DNA of 64,000 bases. Source: Eledone cirrhosa. Its lineage: Eukaryota. The notes under the pieces are model-generated. The model was not told where the DNA came from, did no database searches, and saw only the letters and a program-made list of their open reading frames with translations. Position numbers and translations under genes: made by a program. The DNA lies in assembly GCA_964016885.1 (NCBI GenBank), contig OZ024740.1:53072001-53136000 (forward strand), in the 5' to 3' direction. Within the stretch, counting starts at the first letter, position 1. Every line of letters begins with the position of its first letter. Below are positions 38,901 to 51,410 of this stretch, one piece after another.

Positions 38901-39124
38901 GAGTACAAACTCTCCTTTCTCCTGGAGATGAGGGTTGCACATTTTTTTTTCGGTGGTATGTGTTACCCATATAAACTGTCTCCCTCTATTGGGGAAAATC
39001 GACTAACTTTTTAAATTCCATTTGTGATAACATTTTACACGCTTTTATTGTATGTAAACTTCCCCCTTTGTATTTGTCCCCTTCTTTTGTGCCCCTGTGG
39101 CTAATAAAGAAATATATCTATCTA

Positions 39125-39158
<34 letters not shown>

Positions 39159-39354
39159 ATGTGTGTAGATGGGCGTATAGATATATAACTATAATATATA
39201 TCCATATATTTATTTATCTATATGCATACATAGTGCGTGTGTGTGTATGTCTATACGTGTATATGAGTGTCTATGTCTATGTGTGTGTTTGTATGCGTAT
39301 GTGTGAGTATATGTGTCTGTGAAACTTGGGTGTTAAACTTTTGCAACTTTATTA

Positions 39355-39752
39355 ATTGTTTCTACTTTAGGCACAAGGCCAGAAATTATCCAGTGCATTA
39401 CTGGTACTTTATTTTATCGACCCCGTAAGGATGAAAGGCAAAGTTAACCTCGGCGGGATTTGAACTCAGATCGTAAAGGGACATAACTATGCTGGAAAGC
39501 ATGGCGTCCGACCCTCTACCGATACTGCCAATCCACCGCCTTTGCAACTTTATTAATCTGATTCAAACGGCCAATATTAATTGTTTCTACTTTTGGCACA
39601 AGGCCAGCAATTATCTCGGTACTTTATTTTGTCGACCCCGTAAGGATGAAAGGCAAAGTTAACCTCGGCGGCATTTGAACTCAGAATGGAAAGGGCCGTA
39701 ACTCTTTGCTGCAAAGCATGACGTCCGACGCTCTACCGATTCTGCCAATCCA
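39355..39752 (-). mobile_element. Two tRNA-derived SINE copies
   Basis: Reverse-complement SINE at about 39355-39540 and 39580-39752. Confidence 0.8.
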
Positions 39753-39784
39753 ATGACACCTATTTATGTTTGGAAACAACTCAA

Positions 39785-40635
39785 GACTATATTAGTTCTC
39801 TGACAGTGAGGGCTACCTACAGACTATATTAGTTCTCTGACAGTGAGGGCTACCTACAGACTATATTAGTTCTCTGACAGTGAGGGCTACCTACAGACTA
39901 TATTAGTTCTCTGACAATGAGGGCTACCTACAGACTATGTTAGTTCTCTGACAGTGAGGGCTACCTACAGACTATATTAGTTCTCTGACAGTGAGGGCTA
40001 CCTACAGACTATATTAGTTCTCTGACAGTGAGGGCTACCTACAGACTACGTTAGTTCTCTGACAGTGAGGGCTACCTACAGACTATGTTAGTTCTCTGAC
40101 AGTGAGGGCTACCTACAGACTATATTAGTTCTCTGACAGTGAGGGCTACCTACAGACTATGTTAGTTCTCTGACAGTGAGGGCTACCTACAGACTATATT
40201 AGTTCTCTGACAGTGAGGGCTACCTGCAGACTATATTAGTTCTCTGACAGTGAGGGCTACCTACAGACTATATTAGTTCTCTGACAGTGAGGGCTACCTA
40301 CAGACTATGTTAGTTCTCTGACAGTGAGGGCTACCTACAGACTATATTAGTTCTCTGACAGTGAGGGCTACCTACAGACTATATTAGTTCTCTGACAGTG
40401 AGGGCTACCTACAGACTATATTAGTTCTCTGACAGTGAGGGCTACCTACAGACTATGTTAGTTCTCTGACAGTGAGGGCTACCTACAGACTATGTTAGTT
40501 CTCTGACAGTGAGGGCTACATACAGACTATATTAGTTCTCTGACAGTGAGGGCTACCTACAGACTATGTTAGTTCTCTGACAGTGAGGGCTACCTACAGA
40601 CTATGTTAGTTCTCTGACATAGTCTGTAGGTAGCC
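39785..40635. repeat. 37-bp minisatellite, about 22.5 units, ending in an inverted half-unit
   Basis: Unit GACTATRTTAGTTCTCTGACAGTGAGGGCTACCTACA; 40618-40635 is the reverse complement of GGCTACCTACAGACTATG. Confidence 0.95.
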
Positions 40636-40944
40636 ACTTATTTAGTTGAAGATAATGAACAAAGCTTTCAATATTACAGAATTAAAGAAATTAATTAGTT
40701 ATTGAAAGTCATATATCCATACGCACATACACAGACACATACAGAGAGTCGCACCCACACAGTCACACACACACACAGTCACACCCAAACAGACACACCC
40801 ACACATTCACACACTCACACTCCTATATACATCACTATATATTTATTTCTCTCTGTCCTCTGTCTTTCTCTGTACATACATATGCACCTACACACACACA
40901 CACACACACACACACTCATACACACATACATATATACATGCATG

Positions 40945-41004
<60 letters not shown>

Positions 41005-41301
41005 CATGTATATATCAATACGTATGTGTATTTATTAGCTATCTATCTAGCTTACTCTTTATATATATGTGTTTGTATATGTATATATTTATGTATATAT
41101 AAATTCCTGGTATTTATACCTACGCACATACGTATATACCCATATATACAAGCACGGACACACACTCACACACACACATATATATATATATATATGTATA
41201 ATATATATGCATATATGTGTGTATATATATATATATATATACATTTATATATATATATATTATGTATCCATATATACACATACCCACACACACACACACA
41301 C

Positions 41302-41363
<62 letters not shown>

Positions 41364-41464
41364 TAAAATAACAGATTACTAAATATTTGGTCTACGGTTT
41401 TATATATATATATATTATCCTTAATGAGCTCTTCGGATTTTTGTTTTCATATTTATTATTATTA

Positions 41465-41517
<53 letters not shown>

Positions 41518-41746
41518 ATTCGATGTGTTTGCGTAAGTGTATGTATGTATTATTCTATCAGTATTCGTTTTTAAGTCGACACTGCTTAACAATCGGTGTT
41601 GTTCGCTGATATGCTGTAACCAAGTAGCTTGACAAATTGAGATCGAAGTAATAAATATTTCAATTAACCCACCACAATAAAAAAATATTACAGAAGCAGA
41701 GTAAAAGATTATATATCTACATCTATATCTATATCTAGGCTATTTC

Positions 41747-41783
<37 letters not shown>

Positions 41784-42089
41784 TCAGTCGTTTTTATGAA
41801 AGGTGGGTGAAAGTGGCGAGAATGGCCCGTGTGAATGGGCCTTCTCTCTACATCAGCATGTAGGTGGAAAAGAGGAAGGAACGAGGGAGCACCCTCTCTC
41901 TGTGCTCCTGAGGAGAAGGGGTTGCACACTTTTTTCGGGGGTGTGTGCGACCCCCAAACGCCCCCTCCCTATTGAGGACTTTATTGTTAATTTTATATTT
42001 TTTATTTGTTTTCTTTACTCGCCTTTTTGTGTAAACTCCCCCCTTGTATTTGTCCCCTTCTTTTGCGCCATAGTGGCAATAAATAGAAA
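41784..42089 (+). mobile_element. Tx1 3'-end fragment (diverged) within (TCTA)n
   Basis: Homologous to 38825-39112 and 21617-21900; (TCTA)n on both sides. Confidence 0.8.
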
Positions 42090-42252
42090 TCTATCTATCT
42101 ATCTATCTATCTTTATATTTAATAGTAGAACTCTGGATGGTTATATCCGTAGTAGCAGAGCACTCAGTCCATGGGACGAGTTTGGTAGAAGTAGTTCCGC
42201 AACAGTTCGTTTACCGATACACTAACTGTTGTGGAACTACGTCTATATATAC

Positions 42253-42346
<94 letters not shown>

Positions 42347-42397
42347 TTGCATACACCCATGCATACACCCATATACATATGCATATATATATATGTA

Positions 42398-42457
<60 letters not shown>

Positions 42458-42460
<3 letters not shown>

Positions 42461-42588
42461 GATATTAAACAAATGGAAACTATATTTATAAAACCATATT
42501 TATTTCATTATACATATTTCGGGGATACCATATTAAAAATATGGCATGCGTTCTTCAGATAAAATACAATATATAAACAGTTTTATAA
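42458..42588 (-). mobile_element. Family B pLTR cassette with HHR at 42501-42566
   Basis: Minus strand TATTTTAT CTGAAGA ..ATGCCATATT-tt-AATATGGTAT.. GAAA TATGTA TA ATGAAATA; homologous to 18470-18600. Confidence 0.7.
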
Positions 42589-43327
42589 TATGATATTTTA
42601 TATATTAAAGTGGATAGGCTATTTCTCTATATATCTATATATGATATTTTATATATTAAAGTGGATAGGCTATTTCTCTATATATCTATATATGATATTT
42701 TATATATTAAAGTGGATAGGCTATTTCTCTATATATCTATATATGATATTTTATATATTAAAGTGGATAGGCTATTTCTCTATATATCTATATATGATAT
42801 TTTATATATTAAAGTGGATAGGCTATTTCTCTATATATCTATATATGATATTTTATATATTAAAGTGGATAGGCTATTTCTCTATATATCTATATATGAT
42901 ATTTTATATATTAAAGTGGATAGGCTATTTCTCTATATATCTATATATGATATTTTATATATTAAAGTGGATAGGCTATTTCTCTATATATCTATATATG
43001 ATATTTTATATATTAAAGTGGATAGGCTATTTCTCTATATATCTATATATGATATTTTATATATTAAAGTGGATAGGCTATTTCTCTATATATCTATATA
43101 TGATATTTTATATATTAAAGTGGATAGGCTATTTCTCTATATATCTATATATGATATTTTATATATTAAAGTGGGTAGGCTATTTCTCTATATATCTATA
43201 TATGATATTTTATATATTAAAGTGGATAGGCTATTTCTCTATATATCTATATATGATATTTTATATATTAAAGTGGATAGGCTATTTCTCTATATATCTA
43301 TATATGATATTTTATATATTAAAGTGG
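42589..43327. repeat. 51-bp minisatellite, about 14.5 near-identical units
   Basis: Unit TATGATATTTTATATATTAAAGTGGATAGGCTATTTCTCTATATATCTATA. Confidence 0.95.
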
Positions 43328-43464
43328 GAAGCCTCACGTTGTTAATACTTTAGCTGAAATCTAGTGAGGTGAAGGTCCAGCCCGGACCTTCATCTGTAAG
43401 GCTTACTAACAATATATATACCAACTGTAGAAATAAAATTATGGTTAAAGTTGCATATTATTAC

Positions 43465-43650
43465 GGAGAATCTGCAGTATCGGTAGAGGGTCGGACGCCA
43501 TGTTTTGCAGCATAGAGTTACGCCCCTTTATGGTCTGAGTTCAAATCCCGCCGAGGTAAACTTTGCCTTTCATCCTTACGAGGTCGATAAAATAAAGTAC
43601 CAGTAATGCACTGGATAATTGCTGGCCTTGTGCCAATAGAAGAAACAATA
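43465..43650 (+). mobile_element. tRNA-derived SINE (partial copies at 44235-44340 + and 54036-54125 -)
   Basis: A-box-like head, B-box GAGTTCAAATCC and SINE core. Confidence 0.8.
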
Positions 43651-44428
43651 TTATTACTCTTATGGCAGTGTTACTGTTCTGTTATTGATACTCATTATAT
43701 ATGAATTACACGAATTAATCAACTATTGAAATCATTTTTACTAATCATAGCTAATTTATCTTATCAGAAATCACTATATATACTAGCAGAAAACCGCCCT
43801 TTGCGTGGTTTTCTGCTAGCATGTGTAGTGTGTATATTGATATTATACGCAAGTATATATACATGTAGATATGATACTTCAAATAAAATCGTAATTGACA
43901 ATATAAACCGAAATTGAACGAAGACGTTCTTACACTGTCTTATGTAATCAGTAACGTAATCCATGATACATTAAAAAAAAACCATATTATATATAAACTG
44001 TATTAGGAGAAAATTAGTGACAGAAAATTAGTATATTTATTTAAGTGATCGCCACCGGAAGTGTTGACATCACACACTCTCTCTTTATATATATATGGTA
44101 GTTGAAGTGGTGGTGGTGGTGGCAACGATATACCGGAAGTGCAACTTCGAAAAGAAGTCAATTTAAAATTATTTATTTTTACAAAATTATTTTTGTTTAC
44201 CAAATTCAGTAGATAAATTATGTAACATTCATTCACCCCGCCGAGGTTAACTTTGCCTTTCATCCTTACGGGTTCGATAAAATAAAGTACCAGTAATGTA
44301 CTGGTTTATTGTTGGCCTTGTGCCAAAAAGTAAAAACAATTGTTTATTCAAAGTAATCCAACTTATTTTACTAACGGGATAAAAAAAAATAAACCGTACG
44401 CAGTCCTGCAGACCTTCCTTTATTATAG

Positions 44429-44540
<112 letters not shown>

Positions 44541-44544
44541 CATA

Positions 44545-44639
<95 letters not shown>

Positions 44640-44759
44640 TATATATATATAAATACATACATATATATATATATACATATTGTATATATTCAAGTACAAT
44701 ACATACATGATAAAATTATATCTACATAAATATATTCATATTTAATACACATGCACGCC

Positions 44760-44814
<55 letters not shown>

Positions 44815-44924
44815 TATTTATATATATATAACGTATATTCAGGTGTAATTTACACACGCACATATAGATACACGCCCAAACATTTACACCCGCACACAGG
44901 TACACGCACAGACATATATATAAG

Positions 44925-45165
44925 GCTTAGGGGTTAGTGTACTGTGCTCACGATCGTGAGTTCAATACTCGGATCGGGTTAGGGTGACGCGTTATGTCCC
45001 CTACAAGACTTATTTCACTCAGATAGCAAAAATGAGTTGTACTTTTAATTCAAGGTTCCAGCCTCCTCACCCATTTTCTCACACTGTATCCCTCCGAGGA
45101 CAATGTTAAGGGCGACCGGGTTTGTGAAATTCTCGGACTTGCTCATTAACTTTACGAGCAGTGTG
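44925..45165 (+). mobile_element. Second tRNA-derived SINE family, CORE-like (other pieces 50450-50585 + and 48243-48355 -)
   Basis: GTGAGTTCAAT B-box; the 50.5-kb copy has the CORE-like TCCTTGAGCAAGACA..TTTCAC..CTCAGCTG..AAATGAG. Confidence 0.55.
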
Positions 45166-45237
45166 TTTCGTTCTTTGAATCAAATAGTGAACAAGACGGT
45201 GATTCAACAACAACAACAAGATGCACACACACACTCT

Positions 45238-45309
<72 letters not shown>

Positions 45310-46376
45310 TACACACACACCATATATTTATATATATATGCATACACATACACTCGCACATATATAAACATGTCTGTCTGTTTGTCTGTCTGTATGTATA
45401 TATGTATCCATATATGTATGTATGTGCGTGCATATGTGTCAATTTTTCTGTTTCTGTGTAAATTTGTGCGGGAAATATATATAAGTATAAAATATTATTT
45501 CGTGTATGATAAAAAAAAACAAAAAAACAACTCTATATGCACAAATCATTTCTGTACCAGATCATTGACTTAGCATCACACCTGTCGCTCCCAATATTTT
45601 CTTATTGAAAACCCGATATTTGACGCAAGAGTCATTCCATTTTATGCATTTCCAAATAGCCACAAGAGCTTTAGAATTTCATAGTTGGTTTCGAACATTA
45701 GGTTAAATTATCTGATTTTCAATATTGAGATTGAATTTTCGTTTGTGAATTACTTTGCATATGTGGTGAGGGAATACGAATTTGTTTAGTGGATTCGGAA
45801 AATTATATATTTGTACACCTTTAATTTATGAAAAAAAAGCATTACTACATGTCTATTCTATGTAGAAGGCAATAAGATTAAGTGAAGTTCATGCATTTCT
45901 TATCAACAGTTGTATAAATTACTACGAAGAATACAACCAAAACTATCTAAATCTAAAGAAAAAGCAACTATAGAAATAAATAAATTTAAATACATGAATG
46001 TATTTGAATAAATTTTGCTATATATATAAATTATCTATTTAAATATATTTATCAGTTTAGATAAAATGAAAGACACTAATAAGTTTTCAGTTAAATTTGA
46101 AATGTAAAATTTGAAATTAATCTCTAAATTAGTTGATTATAAATATTTATAGAATAGATCGTAATATGAATTATTCGAAAGGATAAAAAAAGAAAATTCA
46201 AATCGTATACCCCCACAGTACAAAAGTGTATATTTTCAATTTAAATCCTTTAATTCCAAAAACAGAAAATTGAGAAGAGACCATTTGTCAACATCGATCA
46301 ACGAGACTTATATAATTTTCATTCCATTCTCCTTCATTCACTTCAGGCATCAATTCACCCCCACACTCTTTCTCTA

Positions 46377-46425
<49 letters not shown>

Positions 46426-46786
46426 GGTGTATGTATGAATGTATGTATAATATATCTATGCATGTATGCATGTATGTATGTACGTAGTATGTATATATGT
46501 ATGTATGTATTATGTATGTATGTATGTACGTACGTATGTATGCATGTATGTATGCATGTATGTATATATACGTATGTATGCATGTATATACGTACGTACG
46601 TATGTATGTACGTATGTATGTATTATGTATGTATGCATGTATGTACGTACGTATGTATGTATGCATGTATGTATATATGTATATATCTATGTATGTATGC
46701 ATGTATGTACGTACGTATGTATGTGTGCATGTATGTACATACGTATGTATGTATGTATGTATGTATGTATGTATATATGTATGTAT

Positions 46787-47172
46787 GTCAAGGCAGAATT
46801 CTAGGAGATGGGAAAATCTGATATAACACCTGCAACTCTGATGGTATCCAATGATGTTGACTTGTTCTTCTTTTTGGTAAATATCATCTTGGTTAAGAGA
46901 GTGGGACTGGCTTTGTGCAGTGCCTTTTCTCACTATAAAAGCTTCACGGCACAGGCATTGCTTTATATCTGGAGATCTCTCTGCACTTGTCGTCACATGG
47001 TACCATGGGCCCATCACTATGTGTCAATAATTGTCACAGGTGTAGTGTTTGTACCACAGTTTTCAAGTCGCTGGCTGGACCAAAAAGTCACACTCGTTCA
47101 GCGCATCAGTAGGAGTTCTCCTACATGGATATAAAGTAGTGGCCGTACTCGAAAACGAGTTGGCAGCCACCA
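46787..47172. repeat. Unclassified ~385-bp repeat; inverted second copy at 60870-61255
   Basis: Two highly similar copies; homology spans the whole of this copy; both embedded in (TATG)n. Confidence 0.8.
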
Positions 47173-47282
47173 TGTACGTAATACGTACGTATGTATGTAT
47201 TTATGTATTTACGTACGTACGTACATATGTATGCATGTATGTACGTACGTATGTATGTATGTATGTACGTATGTATGTATGT

Positions 47283-47960
47283 TCTTCTGGTTATATAATT
47301 TCACCAAGTTTTCCGAAAGAGAGAGTCGGTTTCTAACATAGACACAAGACTCTCTCATTGGAATTTACACAACATCAACTAGGTAGATATGTATGTATGC
47401 ATGCATGTGTAGTTATGGATGTTATTGTATGTTTGGATGTGTATGGTTTGAGTTGTATGTGTGCATGTGTATATGCTTTGCATCTGTACATGTGTATATG
47501 CAGTTATTAGATGCAACATTTTTGGAATGTTTTACATATTTTTACTGTTCCATTAATGGATTGTACTTGTAATTTCCTAACTAGTTGTGTTCTTTCTGTT
47601 CCTGTGAAGCCTAGCTTCCTAAGATTTGTATTGAGGCAGTTACTAACACACCCCAGTGCCCCAATAATCACAGGCATAAATCTGACGGTGTAATCAGGGT
47701 GGAGTATCTGAAGGTTTCTCATCAGTTCTGCATAAATATTCTCCTTTTCACTAATCTTTGATATTATATTGGCATCTGCCGGGCAGCTAATTTCCACCCT
47801 TGTGCATGCCTTCTTCTCCCTGTCCCATATCATAATATCTGGTCTGTTATGCCTGCATTTTATTGGGGTTTTTACTGGAACATTCCACCATTACTCTTTC
47901 ATATTATGTACATGGATGTCTTCCACATTTGTATGTATGTATGTAATTTTTATTCTTTTA
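47283..47960 (-). mobile_element. R4/Dong-clade LINE 3' end (restriction-like endonuclease plus probable 3' UTR)
   Basis: WWNVPVKTPIKCRHNRPDIMIWDREKK..VEISCP..KENIY..PVIIGALG; 3' end abuts (CATA)n. Confidence 0.8.
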
Positions 47961-48109
47961 TTAATTTTGATCTTGGAACTTCGACTTTCATGTCGAGTAT
48001 GTTGACTTTAGTACTTTGGATATATTTTATCAACTTCGCAAATGCATAACGCACTTTCGTTCGATGCACCGATTATCCTCAACGATAGTGCACACACATG
48101 CACACGCAC

Positions 48110-48190
<81 letters not shown>

Positions 48191-48451
48191 GTGTATGTAA
48201 TGTATCTCTATCGGTTTCGATAAGAAGTATTTCTGATATTTGAACAACGGAACAGCTCATTCATGAAGTTACCTAGCAAGTGGCTGAACATTCTACAAAC
48301 ACGCGCACCCTTATTTTAGTTCTCAGGGAGATTCAGCGTTACCGTGTATGACAAGATGCCACCGGAATCAATCTCTTAATGTTATAAGTTCAGTGAACTT
48401 ATAACATTAAGTTCACATAAAGATATGTCACTATCTTAACACCAATTACTA

Positions 48452-48512
48452 TATTTTATCTGACGAAAGCGCACTTAAATATTGGTGCCCTTGAAATACG
48501 TATAATAAAATA
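48452..48512 (+). ncRNA. Type I hammerhead (family B-like)
   Basis: TATTTTAT CTGACGA AAG-c-GCAC..GTGC-c-CTT GAAA TACGTA TA ATAAAATA; perfect palindromic stem III ATACGTAT; a ~36-bp perfect hairpin at 48376-48411 marks the 5' end. Confidence 0.8.
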
Positions 48513-48630
48513 AATATGGTTTTATAACGATATTTTCCATTTATTAATATTATTCATATTAATGATACTCCAGATAAAATCTGTTGTAAAATTAACTTTG
48601 TTGAATAATCAACAAACCAAATAACTCATT

Positions 48631-48691
<61 letters not shown>

Positions 48692-48740
48692 TGCAAGGTT
48701 TTTTTATATGAAATCGTGAGTCGAAACAAATATTGTCATA

Positions 48741-49104
48741 CATGGGGAGGGTCATATTGTTGTAATAACATTGCCAGAAATAATAACGGAACACACTCAC
48801 TGTTTGGTTGGTTTTCGCTTCTGTATCTTTTATATCTCCATAGTTAATTCATTTGGCCATCAAAGTTTATCACTGACTGACCAACGGCCAAAAATACAGA
48901 TATAAATACATATATATAGTCTAACAAAGTTCTTTCGTTGGACATCTGCAACATCACCGTTGGTCAGTCAGTGATAAATATTGATGGCCAAATAAATTAA
49001 CTATGGAGATATAAAAGATACAGAAGTGAAAACCAACCAAACAGTGAGTGTGTTCCGTTATTTATTTCAGGCAATATTATTACAACAATTAGACCCTCCC
49101 CAAG
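48741..49104. mobile_element. TA-flanked MITE with ~145-bp TIRs (Tc1/mariner-like); related mini-element at 61560-61665
   Basis: 48743-48888 pairs with 48957-49102; termini TA-C(A/T)TGGGGAGGGTC; the 61.6-kb element has ~30-bp TIRs starting TGGGAGGGTCAT. Confidence 0.65.
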
Positions 49105-49306
49105 TATATATATACATATATATATATGTGTGTGTTTGTGATAATATTTATGCATGTGTCTGTGTGTATGTATGTAAGAGTGTGTGTTCACATTTTGAAT
49201 ATATATAAATGCGTTCGAAGCTCAGTCAGTGTTAAATATAGTTGAAATGAAAAATTCATAATTCTGATGACAAATGTGAACTGTTGATATTGAAACAACT
49301 AGAATA

Positions 49307-50050
49307 CAAAGGTTCTCAACGGGGGGCATATGCACCCCCGGGGGCGTTTCCGAACTCCAGGGGGGCGTTTGGAAGCAAGGTCGCGTTAGGGGGGGGGGGT
49401 GTTTGGAGCTGGGGGAGGGAGGTTTAGGGGGCGCTGGAAGGCTCTTTATTTTGGTAAGTTTTATAAGCCATATTTGTTTGTCTTTGAGACAGCCAGTGTG
49501 AATGAATTTGAATGAGCTTGCAGACAGCATAACTATAGTCTGACCGCAGCTGTGAGCAGGTGTGCAGGCATGTCCGGTAATTGAGACGTTAACCGGTAAT
49601 TGAGATCCTAAAAATGGAAAAACCCACAGTCAACTTGGTCAAAGACACTTTGAGCGTAGCCAGTTAGAATCTTATCTTTCCTTCACCAATAACAATGTAT
49701 TTCATGTCTGAAATTATTGACTCAGCCGTAACGAGTTAACACTATGTAGATCTATTTTATTCCCTATTGTATAAATAATATAACAAATAAAAAAAAAGAA
49801 AAGAAAAAACAGAAGCGAGTAGCACACACATCTAGGACCACATACAACACATAATCAGATAATACACACATCTAGGACCACATACAACACATAATCAGAT
49901 AATACACACATCTTTGGAATATTGCTAATCAATTTTTTAGTAATCTACTGATATAAAAATCAGTAGTATATTGAAAAATGGAAAAATAGAGGGGGGGGGG
50001 GGTCGTGATTTCGAGGGACAAAAGGGGCCTAAATGGGTTGAGAACCTGTG
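49307..50050. mobile_element. Non-autonomous hAT (Charlie-like) DNA transposon
   Basis: TIRs CAAAGGTTCTCAAC / GTTGAGAACCTGTG; AACTAGAA at 49297-49304 and 50051-50058 (8-bp TSD-like, left copy offset by 2 nt); internal 40-bp tandem duplication. Confidence 0.7.
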
Positions 50051-50675
50051 AACTAGAAGACACGACATATCTTAAGTCAATCACGCGCATGCATAAGAAC
50101 GTATTAAACTATGTATTCTGTTATTCTTTTATTCTTTCACTGGTTTCAGTCATGATTGCGGCCATGTTGGGGCACACAATCTTCAAGGGAGTTAGTGGAA
50201 CATATCGACCCCACTAATTAGTTTCTTCAATCCTGGGGCGAACTGCACGCATACACGTACACACACACACATATATATGTACATACAAGAGTTGTCCATC
50301 TACAAAATTACATTCACAAGATATTGGTCAAGATTCAAAAAGCCTTCATACAGAAAAGACGTCCGGAGAAATAGAAATGCTTCTTTCGTTTGAAATCATC
50401 AGAAAAGATCTGGAGATTTTGAATGAATGAAACACTTCTAGTCATGTGAAGGCGCATGGTTAGAACATTGAGCTTGCAATCAAAAGGTTGTGAGTTCAAT
50501 TTTCGGACCGGGTGATGTGTTGTTTCCTTGAGCAAGACATTATATTTCACGTTGCTCCAGTTTACTCAGCTGCAGAAATGAGATGATAGGACTATCATTA
50601 AATTACCCAAAACACCTCCAACGAGATATACCTTGGAGGAGGCCAGCTAAACCTGCATAGGTGTGAGCTGTCACA

Positions 50676-50732
<57 letters not shown>

Positions 50733-51015
50733 CCGAAGAATACATTTCAATATGAAATATTATATATATTCTCTATTACTGTATTGGGTAACCCACTTAA
50801 CTGTATTGCTATTTCGTTCCTCTTCAGAAACACACACACATATATATAGTAATTAGTAAAGTTAAAACGGAAGGCTCACTCCGTTTCGGTTGGTCTACAA
50901 GCTGGCTGCGTTAAAAATCAATCTGTTTCGATTTTAGTAATTACTCTGCTATATCTGTACTTGATCACGTATTGGGCACGACTCTGATCTGTAGTCGTTT
51001 CGATCTCCGAAAAGC

Positions 51016-51051
<36 letters not shown>

Positions 51052-51056
<5 letters not shown>

Positions 51057-51278
51057 GGAAAACGAAGAATCAGTGATGCATCGGAACACAATTTATTACG
51101 TATTACAAATGTTTCTCCGGAGAACAGCTCGAGGTGCGATCTGTTTGTGTATCGAACCTGACTCTAGATTCGCAAGTTCCTCAGATACGTCTAGTGATTT
51201 CGACACCGGAGAAACAGTTGTAATACGTTAATAAATTGTGTTCCGATGCATCACTGATTCTTCGTTTTCCACATTATA
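51052..51278. mobile_element. pLTR-like fold-back (family I) with a minus-strand HHR at 51098-51190
   Basis: ~70-bp inverted arms; minus strand ACGTAT CTGAGGA [~60-nt stem II region] GAAA CATTTG TA ATACGT then AATAAA. Confidence 0.65.
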
Positions 51279-51365
51279 GTGTGCTTGACCGGCATACCAC
51301 CTATGGACGCATCCAAACAACCTTACTACAAATATATATATATGTATATATGTCTTCAGAAAATA

Positions 51366-51410
<45 letters not shown>

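Larger units (their letters stand above)
33384..39112 (+). mobile_element. Full-length Tx1/L1-clade non-LTR retrotransposon (frameshifted)
   Basis: 5' UTR, ORF1, ORF2, 3' UTR with AATAAA at 39103-39108; (TCTA)n at the 5' junction (33331-33383) and TATCTATCTATC at the 3' junction. Confidence 0.92.

Noticed and set aside
39785-40618. CRISPR-like 37-bp repeats
   Set aside because: Head-to-tail units with no spacers, no cas genes, eukaryotic context.
42590-43353. 251-aa and 247-aa ORFs with a 17-aa repeat
   Set aside because: Open only because the 51-bp satellite unit is a multiple of 3 and lacks stops in those frames.
49261-49305. CTGATGA..GAAA string
   Set aside because: No stem II or stem III pairing.
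50800-50890. Partial hammerhead-like pieces on the minus strand (CTGAAGA-ggaac-GAAA; GAAA CGGA..TCCG TT)
   Set aside because: Each lacks part of the fold; possibly decayed pLTRs but not supportable as ribozymes.
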